Positions 41,037 to 56,608 are shown, counted from the first letter of the stretch. The stretch is DNA of 64,000 bases from Octopus vulgaris (GCA_951406725.2 OX597829.1:36146001-36210000); one strand, 5' to 3'. Numbers and translations are program-made. Notes: generated by a model not told the origin, from the sequence alone.

Positions 41037-41979
41037 GAATTTGCTTAAACACATCAAGTACAAGATAGGACAGTAAATTTTCTCTCTATAAGTTTTAAAT
41101 ATTCACATGTATGTATAACCTAAAGTAGCATTAAAACATAACTGAGAAGAAAGCTAGCGATGTAATAAATTCATATTTCCTTTCGAAATCCTGAGCCTCC
41201 AAAAGCTGACAATTTGCATTTGGCAAAACTTTGGCATTCATCAGAAGTACGAAACATTAAGGTTGTACAATGTATCTATTTTAACATTCATTGAAAGTAA
41301 TCAGAAACATAAAAATAAAACAAAACAATTAATAAATAGCTTGAGTGGAATTTTTTGTTTTTTATCTCTTAAATTTTATGATCATTATTTACAATTACTT
41401 TCTCACTGCTGCAACGGTTTAATGATTTAACGATACATAGCTATTTAATTATTTATAATAATGCTTCAAGTCCCTTTCCAGAGTTAAATAATATAAAATT
41501 TCATACCAGTCCGTTTTAAAGAGTAACTCTACGAATTTCACCAAATACTAAATATGTTTCAATGCACATCCTATAAAGACTTCTGTCACTCTGAAGCTTT
41601 TTACAGTGGCATATGTCCGAAGCTTTTTACAGTGAGGAAAAGCCTTGCAAAGAGAGGCTAGTTTCACTTTCTAAAAAATGTATGCATTTGCTCCCAAAGA
41701 AGAAGTTGTCTACCACACTATATTTACAAGAAGTCGCTATTGTTATATCATGTTTTTCTTTTATGGGCTAGGTAGTCTCTCGCTCCCAATTTTTAGATAG
41801 GCGTTGACTCTACTGAGGTTATCCGCCTTTTGACAGAGTTGATTTTTTCCTTCTGCAAGGTGGCCAACGAAACAGGTTTAATAGTATGGCCGGTTCAATC
41901 GCTGAGAGCCCGTCTATGTGACAGGTTGTAATGCATTATATTTTATCAATAGCTCTAAGAGCGACACGACATGCATGCC

Positions 41980-42205
41980 AACATACATACATACATACAT
42001 ACATACATGCATGCATGCATGCATGCATGCATACATACATACATACATACATATATACATACATACATACATACATACATACATACACACACACACATAC
42101 ATACATACACATACATACATGCATGCATACACACACACATACATACATACACATACATACATACATACATACATACATACATACATACATACATACATAC
42201 ATACA

Positions 42206-42236
<31 letters not shown>
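41980..42236. repeat. (TACA)n/(TGCA)n microsatellite
   Basis: Direct reading. Confidence 0.95.
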
Positions 42237-42238
<2 letters not shown>

Positions 42239-42249
42239 TATATACATAT

Positions 42250-42535
42250 AAGGTATGGTTGTGTGATAAAAACTTTGAGTTCCAACTGCATTGTTCTGAG
42301 TTCAGTCTCACTGCCCGCCACTTTCTCCTTGTCCATCACTGCCTCTTGCCAATTGGTGCTGGTTTATTTATGTCCCCGTAAGGTATTGGTGCGATAATAA
42401 AGAACGATGGAATAGGTACCAGGCTGTAAAAACAAGTATTGGGGTCGACTTGTTCGACTAAAGCCTTTAAGGCGGGAGCCTACTATTCCCGCAGTCCAAT
42501 AACTGAAACTGCAAAAAGATTAAAAGAATAAAGAA
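42250..42535 (+). mobile_element. SINE family A, diverged and internally deleted
   Basis: GAGTTCAGTCTCACTG...TGTCCCCGTAA...GGGGTCGACTTGTTCGACTAAAG...CCGCAGTCCAATAACTGAAAC and AAAAGA tail. Confidence 0.7.
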
Positions 42536-43504
42536 ATATTTATCATTCATATAATATAAACATATGCATATACATATATGCATATGTTTGAATTTATTTT
42601 TTTCTTGCGATGTTTTTTCATTTTTATATCATTTTTTTTTTTAGTTTTGTTTATAGATTAATTCAATAACATTTGTGGTTGCTCAAGAGTTCTGAATTAC
42701 TCGTCGAGTATTTTTCCTCCAATATATTTTAATTGAATACGAGTATATAGATGCATTTCATTACTATAAGCATTAAAGTGTCGTTGTAATTGGTAAGCAA
42801 ATTTTAAACTCACAGGTTTGCAGGATTTGAAACTCTCTTGAGAACGGGTGTTGCAATGAGAAACAACTTTAGTATGATACTTTTAAGCACAACTAAAAAA
42901 AAAGTCTCAGTGGATTACAGAATATTGATTTTACTAAGAATTGATCTGAAAACTGACTTTAAAATCATTAAACAATCATCTGAGAAAATATTATCTGAGA
43001 AACCAAATCTGTCGGCGAAAAGTTCGTCAGTTTCATTAGAGTCTGGAATTATGCCACAATTATATATTTTCTGAAGAGAATTCCATTAATATTTTATGAA
43101 ACAATAAACGTCGGTAAAGAAGGAAAATTTGATAAATTAAGCAATTGTATAATTTATTATATCCATTTCTTCAAATTACTTTAAACATTAAGAACTAAAC
43201 AAGTCATTACAACGTAGTCAAATAGTTTATTTGTTTTCATTTTTTTTAAAATTATAGTTATCTACGCGCTTTCTTTCGTTTCTATTATTCTTTTCTTTTT
43301 ATTTATGCAGATACCGTTTTAAGCTTCCTATTTTTAAGTTTCAATTGTTATGCTGGTGCTCCATTTAAACACAACAAATGCAATGCACTTTTCTGGTAAA
43401 TGAATTACTTTTACTGACGTTTAGTTGATGTCTGAATATCGCAGCTGTAAAGGCAAAGTTCATTGATAAGGTTTGCAGATATCTTTGCGCTGATGGTTCA
43501 CTAC

Positions 43505-43745
43505 ATGCATACACACATACATACATACTTGCATTCATACATATATACATACATACATACATACATACATACGTACGTACATACATACACACATACATAC
43601 ATACATACATACATACATACATACATACATACATACATACATACATACATACATACGTACATACACACATACATACATACATACATGAACACACACATAC
43701 ATAATACATACATAAATACATACATACATATATACATACATATAT
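43505..43745. repeat. (TACA)n microsatellite
   Basis: Direct reading. Confidence 0.95.
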
Positions 43746-43993
43746 ATATCAGTGTGTGTGTGTGTGTATGTGTGTGTGAGTTAGTGTGTCTTAACACATT
43801 ACAACAAAATATGATTGAATAAATGTAAATGTAGATATTGTCAAAAAAGAATAATCTGCGCATGAAGCGTAAATGAAGGCCTATGATGGCAATTATGTAC
43901 TATATAATAATGATGCTTGGATCAAAATTTTATCTCACTTACTGTCACACTCTCTCTCACCGGAAATTTACTATGTAGATGAATAGAAATATA

Positions 43994-44057
<64 letters not shown>

Positions 44058-45365
44058 CAAATACACATGCATACCTATGTACATACATTCATGCATGCAA
44101 TTTGACAAATGACATTTTAGATAAGATGTCGCAAAAGTTCAGTTAATCAGTTTTCATAAAACTGAAAAAGTTTTCAAATCGTATCACTCGCTACCTACGA
44201 AGAAACATGTGTCCTCTCATTGCATGTCTAGGAAACTGGGCTAATAAGAAAAACAAGAAAAAAACTTTCTTAATAACCCGTAATATCTCAAAATAGGAGA
44301 GCAGCCTTGCATCCTCCAATCTCTCAGTTTAGTAATAACTGAGGTAAAGTGGAAATAGCCATTATCGGAGTTTTTCTACTGAATCAAATTAGATCTTGGA
44401 CTAAACAACACTAGCAACAGTAAAAAGTACATTTTAAAAGTCACAAATCGAGAACAAACAGGAATCTCCAACTTGAAGATTGGAAACGGATTCAATTTTC
44501 CACTTCTGTAAATTCAACATCCTTTGCACCAGTAATATTTTCGCTGAAGATGTGTCTGGTTAATATAAAGGAAAATGTTTTGTTCGCTCATGAGCTATGT
44601 GTGTGCTGTCTATCACTTATGACATACTATTGTACGCACTTCTGTTAATTCTATCCCGATCTTCGTTTAAAATATCGCACGGGAGACGCACAATTATATG
44701 TATTTCAATGAAATTGCAGTCTTTCTCTTTCTCCATTCTTACCTCACTATATTTGTGTATGTGTGTTGTATGTTATAATCTCTTTCCCATTTTCCATTCT
44801 CTCTTTGTATGCACATAAGAAGGTATGTAAATATATATATACACACACACATTCAAGACACTCCTTATATAGTTCCACTATGAATGAAATAAAAGTTGCA
44901 TTTACAAAACTCTCACGAACAGACAAGCAGTTTATCAATTAAAAAGACATCACTCTGAATACTAAAACGATCGTTAAACTATTTTCTTTCATTTTTTTAA
45001 AGTATAAATTACTAATGGCATGCTAATTTTAAATCTTAAACAGATAAGACACAGTTTCAATATCAGTGAAAAACGACGGAAATTCAAGTATGTTTTAATT
45101 AATTAAGAATATCTGAGTTTTTCTTTAATGTAGTTTTTTTTTTCTTTTTTGGTTGAGGAAGTTCTTTAATTTAGAAAAGAAAGGGAGAATAATACAATGT
45201 TGTTCTGCCATCATATTACATTTGGTCGCCATTTTAAAATCTAGGTTCTTTATTCTTATTTTCGCAAACGAAATCATTTTAATTTAATGAGTGGTCTAAG
45301 TTTATAACTAAGATTAACTAAGGTTGTGAACTGTGATATAAATACATGCACACACACTACGTACA

Positions 45366-45428
<63 letters not shown>

Positions 45429-45502
45429 GTAGTATGAAGTATGGATTTAGAGAATCATGTGGTTTTCTCAGAATTCTCCATTCGCTATCATATGTGTGTG
45501 CA

Positions 45503-45568
<66 letters not shown>

Positions 45569-45698
45569 TGTGTGTGTATGTATGTATATTTATGTATATA
45601 TACATACATGCATACATACATACATACATACATACATACATACATGCATACATACATGCATACATACTTAAATATATACATACATACACACATACATA

Positions 45699-45927
45699 GG
45701 TGGACACCCAATATGCTAAATATAGATCTCATATGGTCTGACCACTAAGAAAAAAATTGTTCTCAAGAAAATTCGGCAATGAAATCTGGTATGTGACTAA
45801 TTATATTTTGTATCTTTTCATTTGTCTTGCTCGGTTACTTTCTGGCGTTTTCTGAATTTTCTTGAGAAATTTTTTCCTTAGTGGTCAGAACATATGAGGT
45901 CTACATTTAGCATATTGGGTGTTCACC
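45699..45927. mobile_element. MITE with about 80-bp TIRs and flanking TA (Tc1/mariner type)
   Basis: TA|GGTGGACACCCAATATGCTAAAT...CTGACCACTAAG...TCTCAAGAAAATTC mirrored by GAATTTTCTTGAGA...CTTAGTGGTCAG...ATTTAGCATATTGGGTGTTCACC|TA. Confidence 0.85.
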
Positions 45928-46051
45928 TAGTGGTCATCCCTCTTATTATGTAAATAATATAATTTTTCTGGGTCTTCAGATCTCTTCATTATGCTAGGCC
46001 ACTGGTTTAAATAGACATTAATCAAATTAATATCAATTGTTTACTCTTATT

Positions 46052-46187
<136 letters not shown>

Positions 46188-47240
46188 TATGCATATATAT
46201 ATAAATTCAGGCAGTGTTACGTGTTAGGACGTAAGCTAATTGATCTATATGGTCAGTATTCAATTATTGCTCAGTTTGACTTGCTGCCTACACTTCAACT
46301 TGAACTGTAACTAAACAAAAACGAGGATGTTGCAACTGCCTTATGAAAGGTTGGCTATATGTAGCGTTTCAATCGAGAGTTATGTGCACTTACATTACTT
46401 CTTATTCGTCTTGCTTCTCCTCTCCTCTACTTAGCATAACACTTTCCTTCTAATACACAAATGATTGATCGCAATAACTCACAGTCAAAGGCTAGTATGT
46501 ATATTTTATCTTGTTCTTCATTCCCACACCCTGAAACTCTAGGCCCTTTCTTCACAAAATATTCCTCCCTGATGGCTAGTCTACTTAGCAGATGCTTCTA
46601 ATTTACTTGCCTCATACGACGTTGCTATTCCACGTGTAGTCTTCTTCGCACCATCCCACTTAACATCCTTCTTCCCTACAACACTATCGTTGGCTATTTC
46701 TTTTTACATCTCTCCGTCAATTTCTTGATCTTTATGCGTCTATCTCTCTCATTATGACCTTTTATTGTCTCTGCTTCTTTTATTTCAAGCTCACCTCAGT
46801 ATACCTCCCACCATAACTATATCATTACTTATTTCTAAGGCTTTGTCTCATTCTTCTTCCGATCATGGACTAGATCGCAACTATAATATTGGCTGCCTAT
46901 TGTTTCCAGGAAACAACAGATACACATCTGTGTATCTTTTCTTGAAACAGTTTTAAAGGACTACCTACAAAGTTCTTTCTTGTTGGACTCTACATACAAA
47001 AAATACCTTTATCTAATATCAATTATTAGGACTTGCCGTATAACTATTCCAGAAAATTACTAGCATATACCGTAACCATTATGAACATTCCTCAGCTGAT
47101 CTTTTCCCGACCTCTTGTAGTCTAAACTCTTGTAACATTCAATATTACTCTGTTTTGACAAATGAGTCATAATCTAACTAGATGCCAGTTGTTTACCTCT
47201 TTAAGCATGTATACTATTATACATACATATATATATATAG

Positions 47241-47275
47241 GTATGTATGTATGTATGTATGTATGTATGTATGCA

Positions 47276-47311
<36 letters not shown>

Positions 47312-47572
47312 TGTATGTATGTATGTATGTATGTATGTATGCATGCATGTATGTATGTATGTATGTATGCATGTATGTATGTATGCATGTATGTATGTAT
47401 GTATGTATGTATGTATGCATGCATGTATGTATGTATGTATGCATGTATGTATGTATGTATGTATGTATGTATGTATGCATGTATGTATGTATGTATGTAT
47501 GTATGCATGTATATATGTATGTATGTTTGTATGTATGTATGTATGTATGATGTATGTATGTATGTATGCATG

Positions 47573-47606
<34 letters not shown>

Positions 47607-47702
47607 TGTATGTATGTATGTATGTATGTATGTATGTATGTATGTATGTATGTATGTATGTATGTATGTATGTACGTACGTATGTATGTATGTATGTATG
47701 TA
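47241..47702. repeat. (TATG)n microsatellite, about 460 bp
   Basis: Direct reading. Confidence 0.97.
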
Positions 47703-47959
47703 TAGTGTAGTGCTATCCGGAACAATCTTAGTATAGGAAGTTTGTAAGCTAAACTATTTTTATGCATTACATGCTACGTAAGACATGTCAGATTTTGCTT
47801 GAACACATATATAGATTTGATTTACCTTTCCTGTGCTCAAAGATGCACCATCATCAACGTTTCTATGATTCTTAGGTGATTTGGGATTTCCAACATCAGA
47901 TCCCTGCGCCCAGTTGCCTTAGCCAAGTTTGATCAAATCTTGGTTTTGCATCCGAGCGA

Positions 47960-48300
47960 CAGCATCAAACCACCAACCTATATCCTATTCCAATCAGTGT
48001 AGCACTTCAGCGATTTAGCGATGGTATTTATGGTTCATTTCTTTACAACATTAGTAACTTCAAGTGCAGTCATAGCTTTGAAAAGTTGGTGCCTCACAAA
48101 ACCACGACACCTACTTAATGTATTTCAAACCCTGGTTTCTGCACTGTTCTACATTCAACCAGCTCAACCAGCTCCTAATATTTGACAAGCGTCTTCTCAT
48201 GAGCCGCCTCCATGTTTTTTTTGTTTGTTTTTTTTCCTCTGGGCAGAATCACTTGTTTATAAAATCTGAGAAGATCGCTGAATGAGCGAAAGAGCTCAAA
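47960..48300 (-). mobile_element. RLE-type (HERO/R2-superfamily-like) LINE C-terminal relic
   Basis: Manual translation KQVIL...MEAAHEKTLVKY*ELVE...RNQG...VG/CRGFV...LFKAMTALEV fits the pattern EEAHERK..KY.ELVE.CR..GW...EVGCRGF. Confidence 0.6.
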
Positions 48301-48771
48301 GAACTTTAATCCTGCTAACCAGGATCTGTGGAGAGAGGTCATAGTTGTTGATATTTCATAGACCAGGAAATCCTTTCAGCTATGAGATAGATGGATGGAT
48401 GGATGGATGGATGAATAGATGGATGCATGGATGTATACATGTGTGTGTGTGTGTGAATATATGTATATGTATGAGTACGTATATGCACATATATGTACGT
48501 GTGTGTATGTGCAAATACATATACATATTTGTGTGAGTGTATACGTATGTAGACGTAATGAAAGCAGGATGTTTTATATCTATGTATTATGAGAATATAG
48601 TTTCGTGTATATTTTATCTTGTATATATTTTTTCCTACCTATTAGAGTAACTACCCTTTTATTCAACGGTTTTTCATAGCGTCTATTGTCATTAATAGCA
48701 GATGATGATGCATTGGCACTTGAAACTCTGAGTACTATAATGATAGCTTAAAAATTGTCCTAAATGTGTGT

Positions 48772-48815
<44 letters not shown>

Positions 48816-48847
48816 GTGCGCGCGTGTGTGTGTGTGTGTGCGCGTGT

Positions 48848-48889
<42 letters not shown>

Positions 48890-48890
<1 letters not shown>

Positions 48891-49232
48891 ACTTGCTGGA
48901 GAGAATAAAGTTTCAAGGCTTTAAGGATGTCCCAGTAATCGAGATCAATCATACCCTTAATTCGTTTAGTGAATGCCCTCCGGGGTGATTCAATTTTCGA
49001 GATGTTTTGTTTCGTATGGGGAGACCACAGGGGGGGGGGGCAGCAGTATTCGAGGTGTGGCCGTACAAAGGAGGAGAAAAGTAGAATGATGACACCTTGT
49101 TCTCTGGACCGGAAGGTTCTTACGAGCCAAGAGCTCATCCTACGAGCTATATCGACCTTATTGTTGATGTGGGCACTCCAAATGAGATTGTTATCAACAA
49201 TTATTCCTAGGTCTCTGATATTAGTAGATACT
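48890..49232 (-). mobile_element. CR1-like LINE ORF2 fragment (post-RT region)
   Basis: RDLGIIVDNNLIWSAHI..MSSWLVRTFRSRE..LFSSFVRPHLEYCC..WSPH..ISKIES.RRAFTKRI.GM.DLDYWD.LK.LKLYSLQ. Confidence 0.9.
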
Positions 49233-50359
49233 GTGAGCGAGAAAGATAGAGAGCGGAAGAGAGAGAGAGAGAGAGAGTTTTGTCTTTGTTAGCAAGCTTT
49301 TCAGTTTGTATGTTCAGTTTGATAACCACATATGCCCCCATATATGTCATTAGTATTTTCATTCCTCTACGTTGATAATTACAAAGAATAATGGATATTA
49401 GAGAAGTATAAATAACATTGCAGAAGAATGGCTTTATTTTAAATCTTTTCAACTTCGATGTTACAAGAATTTTCAGAATACAGTGTAAATAGGACAGAGG
49501 TTATGATCTACGAACATGTCACTTTATCAACTTATTTCCATTATCGGCCGTAACTTTGGCCCACAATCAATATCCTGAAAATTAATTATACTACAGTTCT
49601 ATAGCTTGGACTATGCAGTCTCTAAGTATATAAGCCTCTGTCATATTGTGCCATATAAATAAATGTTTCACTAAGTATCTATAATATCAGGTTCGGTCAT
49701 TTATTGTGAAATATATCACTGTATTAAATCTCGTAACGTTAATATATCCTTTATATATTATAACGAGCTTATTTCAAATCGCTACACATCGGAGTAGTAA
49801 AATATATCTTCAATATTTACGAATAAATATACTGCCATTCTTTCCTCACAGCAGGCCACGAGCTGTAGTTAGCTGTTGTTATTTATCTTAAAGCCAATCC
49901 TCAAATTCATCGAATTTTATAACCAGAACCGTTCCATTCACAAGCACACCGTCATCTTTCGGGGTTATGTAATTATATAACTCTGGAATACCGTTTAAAA
50001 CACTAGAATGCCATTTCAAGGATATTTTGACGCTATTTCTAGCAAACTAGACTCTTTTCAGTCGATATTATTTCTGAAATCGTTATTTTCCAATTAAATA
50101 AGTTTTGAAAATGCTTCTATTTGATTGCAGAAATACCGCCCGATATAGGAATACAACAATCAAACCCGTACATATTCTTCTCTTACACATTATTTGAAAG
50201 AGTATTGTACACTGCATGCATAAAGCGTGACATATTGCTTAGGATCTTTGCTTAACAAAAGCGTAACATAAGATCCTCATCATTCAGCAAGTTAATCATT
50301 ATGACTTTCGTTTTAAGTCGGAAATGATGCGATAGGAGAATTCGTAGACAAATTGAATA

Positions 50360-50447
<88 letters not shown>

Positions 50448-50484
50448 CAACAACAATAATAATAATAATTATAATAATAATAGT

Positions 50485-50657
50485 CTATAGGCCTGGATTA
50501 TATGGGGAGTGGGGCAGTCGATTACATTGACCCCCAGTGTTTCAAAGGATGAACAGTAAATTCGACCACGGAAGAATTTGAACTCAGAACGTAAAGACGG
50601 ACGAAATACCGCTATGCATTTCGTCCGTCATGCTAACGATTCTGCAGCTCGCTGCCT
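50485..50657 (-). mobile_element. SINE family B, diverged copy with (ATT)n tail (50358-50480)
   Basis: GTCGATTACATTGACCCCCAG...GAATTTGAACTCAGAACGTAAAGACGGACGAAATACCGCT...GCTAACGATTCTGCAGCTCGCTGCCT. Confidence 0.85.
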
Positions 50658-50680
50658 CAACATATACATATGTATGTATA

Positions 50681-50752
<72 letters not shown>

Positions 50753-50791
50753 ATATTAATAATAATACTAATAACAATAATAATAATAATA

Positions 50792-51068
50792 CTGGAAACA
50801 TGGGTGTTTTGTTCAACATCCTTAAACAACCCTTATTCAGGGACCTTTTGAGTGGGATGGGCTACTCGACCAGAAGAAAATTCTAACTGGGCTCCACCTG
50901 CAAGGTCATGTGCTGTTTATCTTGATATGAGATCACCATGTCGCGCACATATGGTTGTGATGCATGTGCCTAGTGTACCCTTATCAGACGGGTAGTCATG
51001 ATGGGTATACTGGGCTTCGTATATTTTACCCCAGTGTCACTTTGATGGCATGCACTGCTCTCTCACTC
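50792..51068 (+). mobile_element. Family C retroposon, 5'-truncated, (AAT)n on both sides
   Basis: Matches 56870-57137; ends CTCTCACTC followed by (AAT)n. Confidence 0.9.
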
Positions 51069-51124
<56 letters not shown>

Positions 51125-51334
51125 TAATAATCATTAGCAGCCAGGCAAAATGCTTAGCAGTATTTCATCCGTCTTTGTGTTTTGAGTTCAAATTCTGACG
51201 ATGCTTCGTCTATCAATGAAAGGCAAAGTCGACTCGTTGCAGATGGTGGTGGGGAAGGGGTTAGTTGAGAACTGGCACTCGCTCACCAAATTTCGGGCTT
51301 GCGTCCATAGTAGTAGTAGTAGTAGTAGTAGTAC

Positions 51335-51368
<34 letters not shown>

Positions 51369-51644
51369 TGTTATTATTGTTTTTGTTGTTGTTCTTGTTC
51401 TTTTTCTTCTTCCTTTTGCCATTTTCTTCTTCCGCTGATCCGTCTTTGGTGTCTAGTAGTGAAGATGACAAAAGAATCAGAGACGGCATCAAATCGTCCA
51501 CAGAGTGCTCTTTGAGCTGATACTGATGTCTTTCAACAGCAACAGAATGTTCCCCCACCACGCCTTCTCACAACTAAAAAAATATATCATTTATCACTGA
51601 AAATCCCAATGGCTTTCAAACTAAAGATATTTTGCCAAAACTAT

Positions 51645-52024
51645 ACTCTTTTACTTGTTTCACTCATTTGACTGCGGCCATGCTGGAGCACCGCCTTTAG
51701 TCGAGCAATTCGACCCCGGGACTTATTCTTTGTAAGCCAAGTACTTATTCTATCGGTCTCTTTTGCCGAACCGCTTAGTGACGGGGACGTAAACACATCA
51801 GCATCGGTTGTCAAGCAATGCTAGGGGGACAAACACAGACACACACACATACATATATATATATACATATATACGACAGGCTTCTTTCAGTTTCCGTCTG
51901 CCAAATCCACTCACAAGGCATTGGTCGGCCCGGGGCTATAGCAGAAGACACTTGCCCAAAGATGCCACGCAGTGGGACTGAACCCGGAACCATGTGGTTG
52001 GTAAGCAAGCTACTTACCACACAT
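51645..52024 (-). mobile_element. SINE family A, young copy
   Basis: Close reverse complement of 397-805 and 52997-53448. Confidence 0.92.
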
Positions 52025-52454
52025 AAATTCTAAGACATATAAACGGATATTTTCATTTCCCATTCTCGTTAGTTGATAAACTGCATATAAAGACGAAGTG
52101 TAAGGAGGGAAATTGTTATTTATTCAACTGTTATGAATATTTGATTTTAAGAAATAGAGTGGATTTTAAAAAATTTTCAAAAGAAATAATACGGAACAAA
52201 AATAAAAACGAAGTATAAACAAGTAATCGTTTTGTGTGTATGAGTATGCAAATACACCTACACACGCAAACACATGCGCACTCACGCGTACGAATACACA
52301 CATGCACACACACAAACACACACATACTAACAATAATACACACATACTAACACTAATACACACATACTAACAATAATACACACATACTAACACACGCTAA
52401 CACTAGCACACAGAAACATCCACACCCACAAATACACACACTTATAAAGATGAA

Positions 52455-52641
52455 GACATACCTGTATGGTAAGAAATTTGCTTTCTAAACAACCTGGTTC
52501 CGAGTTCAGTCCCACTGTGTGGGAACTCGGGTAAGTGTCTTCTATTGTAACTCGAACTGACCAAAGCCTTGTGATTGGATTTGGTAGAAGACAACTAAAA
52601 GAAAAACTCGTATGTATGATGATGCATATATACAGAGATAT

Positions 52642-52698
<57 letters not shown>

Positions 52699-52990
52699 AA
52701 GAGAAAGACAGAGGGAAAGAGAGATAGACGTGTATATATACATGTGTATATGTTTATTACTCTATGTGTGTGTGCTCCTATTTGACCACCCTCCCCGCCA
52801 GCCAAACACACACACAACCGATTGACAACTGGTGTTGGCATCTTAACGCTGCCGTAACTTAGCAGCTCGACAAATATGTATCAAACTTAAAAAATATCAA
52901 GTACTAGGATCGATTTGTTCGTGTAATTCCTTAAGGAGTTACCCCAATATGACCGCAGTCTAATGACTGACACAAGTAAAAGATAAAAGA
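52455..52990 (+). mobile_element. SINE family A, diverged copy with internal (GA)n
   Basis: GGTTCCGAGTTCAGTCCCACTG...CCAAAGCCTTGTGATTGGATTTGGTAGA...CCGTAACTTAGC...GACCGCAGTCTAATGACTGA. Confidence 0.8.
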
Positions 52991-52996
52991 TATTCA

Positions 52997-53448
52997 GATA
53001 GGCATAGGAGTGGCTGTGTGGTAAGTAGCTTGTTTACCAACCACATCGTTCCGGGTTCAGTTCCACTGCGTGGCACCTTGGGCAAGTGTCATCTACTATA
53101 GCTTCGGGCCGACCAATGCCTTGTGAGTGGATTTGGCAGACGGAAACTGAAAGAAGCCCGTCGTATATATGTATATATATATATATGTATGTATGTTTGT
53201 ATGTGTGTATGTGTGTGTATGTGTGTGTATGTTTGTGTTTCTGTGTTTGTCCCCCCCAGCATCGCTTGACAACCGATGCTGGTGTGTTTACGTCCCCGTA
53301 ACTTAGCGTTTCGGCAAAAGAGACCGATAGAATAAGTACTTGGCTTACAAGGAATAAGTCCTGGGGTCGATTTGCTCTACTAAAGATGGTGCTCCAGCAT
53401 GGCCACAGTCACATGACTGAAACAACTAAAAGAGTAAGAGAAAAAGAG
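52997..53448 (+). mobile_element. SINE family A, young full-length copy
   Basis: GATAGGCATAGGAGTGGCTGTGTGGTAAG through CCAGCATGGCCACAGTC...TAAAAGAG tail. Confidence 0.92.
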
Positions 53449-53492
53449 TAGATACATATATATATTTGAACACTACACACGAACTCGCGCAG

Positions 53493-53542
<50 letters not shown>

Positions 53543-54001
53543 ATGTGTGTGTGTGTATGTGTGTGTGTGTGTGTATGTGTATGTGTGTGTGTGTGTTTTC
53601 AGAGATATGCTTTTTCACTACATTCAAGACGCTTAAACACGCAATCGCATCCTAAAGGGTTTCTAAATCTCGGTAAGTTAACTCCGGCGACGGCCTTTAA
53701 TTATGACCTTGTATGTAAATAAGAAGAAAAAAACCAACAACAGTCTCAAATAATAGTAAATAAATATTTCAATGAGAAAACAATAATAAAATCAGAGTAA
53801 ATTGATAGGCAATCAGAATTAGAAACGAAGGAAGACAAGTATAAAAAGCAATAAAAGAGAGACTGATGGCTCCAAAAGAAATTGATAGAACACCTGCGTC
53901 TAAATCTAACGTGAACGCACACGAACCAAGCTCACACAAACGCACATACACACGAACATTTACCGATACACGCACACACGCATGCATACATATACACATT
54001 T

Positions 54002-54055
<54 letters not shown>

Positions 54056-54069
54056 ATATATATATATAT

Positions 54070-54125
<56 letters not shown>

Positions 54126-54216
54126 GCGTGTCTACACACATACATATATGCATATATACATATATAGGTACGTATAGACACACACACATGCATATATATA
54201 TGTGTGTGTGTGTGCG

Positions 54217-54257
<41 letters not shown>

Positions 54258-54279
54258 ATATATTTATATATATATACAA

Positions 54280-54465
<186 letters not shown>

Positions 54466-54832
54466 AACTGAAGAGATGGATAAGTGCATAGATATGTATA
54501 TATTGGGAAACGTGATTTTGCACTAGTTCGTTTTTGCATTGATCAAGTTTATGCCTTCAGTTATGTTAGTGTACGCCTCGATGTGTGATTGTAAGTTTTG
54601 CAATACGTATGTGTGTCTGCATGTGCAAGCATGTGAGTGCATTTCTGTTTGTGCGATCTGAAAGAGCAGGTGATGTACTGAATTAAATTACTTCAAACAA
54701 TTACATAAATGCATAAAACTGAATGTATTGAAATTAACAATCATTTCCTTCTTGAAAAAATATACATATATTCACGAGAAAAATGACTTTCTGTCTCCCT
54801 CCTCTCTCTCTTTCTCTGTCTCTCTGCATATG

Positions 54833-54867
<35 letters not shown>

Positions 54868-55686
54868 GGATTGATAAATAGATACATATACAGATAGGTA
54901 TAGATACCGATGTATATATCTGTTTGTACGTATATATTTGTATGGATGTGTGTGTGTGTGTGTGTCTCTGTGTGTGTCTCTGTGTGTGTCGCTGTGTGTG
55001 AGGGAGAAAGAGCTGTACATTTCCTCAGCGTTTGCTAATTGAATAAGAAAAACTCAGTGTATACTATGAGGCACATAATGGCGATGCAATTAAGAACATT
55101 TCGATTTCAGTCGCACTACGTGGCATTTTGAGCACAGAACTTTATCCAAAACGTAAACTACATACAACCATATCTTTTACACAGACGCACGTATGTATGT
55201 GTTCACGTGTCCTGTCTTTATGGCGTTGTGTGAAAGATATCTATAATAAAGTTTAGTTGTGTGAAGGATATCCGTGTGTATAGTACAATAAGTATCAATC
55301 TCAAATGTTAAAACTCATTTCTGCATGTCAAACTAAACTATGCCAGTTGCCATAATTCTAGAGTCATAGAAGACATCAGAAGAATAAATTAATATAGAAA
55401 AATGTATTTTAAAAAAAGACACGCACATGCACACACGCAAACATGTTAGCACACACACACACGCCCACCCAAACACACACAAGCACGCACACACACATGA
55501 CAACAGTTCGACAGGCGTTTACTTTTACCAAATGTTGTGGCTGTCACCTTCAATGGTTCAAGGGGCAAGATATACGTTCAGTGACCTTATCAAATTTATC
55601 AACCAGTCAGTTCCATAAGTACAAATCACTTAACTTTAAGACTGAGTTACATATCAAATATTTCGGTCGACAGGTATGTATATACA

Positions 55687-55764
<78 letters not shown>

Positions 55765-55848
55765 TACACACACACATATATATATATCAATATATATATA
55801 TGTGTGTGTGTGTGTAATCAAGAATAAAATCGTTATAAGGTTTATAAT

Positions 55849-55924
<76 letters not shown>

Positions 55925-56187
55925 TGTATGTATGTATGTATTTACATACATACGAGTGGTCGGGGAAGGAAAGAAAAAGGCACTCGACACATTATGTAAA
56001 AGTTACATATCTTTTATTATTTAAAACACTTTAATTCGGCTACATCAAACATGCTCCATCAGTAGGCTTCTTACAGAAACTTCACTTATTCAGGCTCAGA
56101 TAACCAAATTAGTTTCTGATCCTCATCGAGCTAAGTTTTTGCAAGAAGCCCGCGAAACTTTAAGCCGCATAGAGCTGAAACAAACTG

Positions 56188-56219
56188 ATAATGATAATAA
56201 TAATAATAATTATTATTAT

Positions 56220-56283
<64 letters not shown>

Positions 56284-56304
56284 GTAATAGTAATAATAAT
56301 AATT

Positions 56305-56383
<79 letters not shown>

Positions 56384-56386
56384 TGC

Positions 56387-56431
<45 letters not shown>

Positions 56432-56501
56432 GATTATTATTATGATTATTATCATTATTATTATTATTATTACTGCAACAACAACAACACCAAAAATAAT
56501 A

Positions 56502-56579
<78 letters not shown>

Positions 56580-56608
56580 TAATATTAGTAATAATAATAA
56601 TAATAATA
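56188..56608. repeat. (AAT)n/(ATT)n/(AAT)n compound tract
   Basis: Direct reading. Confidence 0.95.

Noticed and set aside
46500-47160. Possible decayed PLE RT (SVNFL-like)
   Set aside because: No continuous recognisable motifs.
52320-52410. 20-bp repeats (CACACATACTAACAATAATA) as a CRISPR-like array
   Set aside because: A head-to-tail minisatellite without unique spacers, in eukaryotic DNA.
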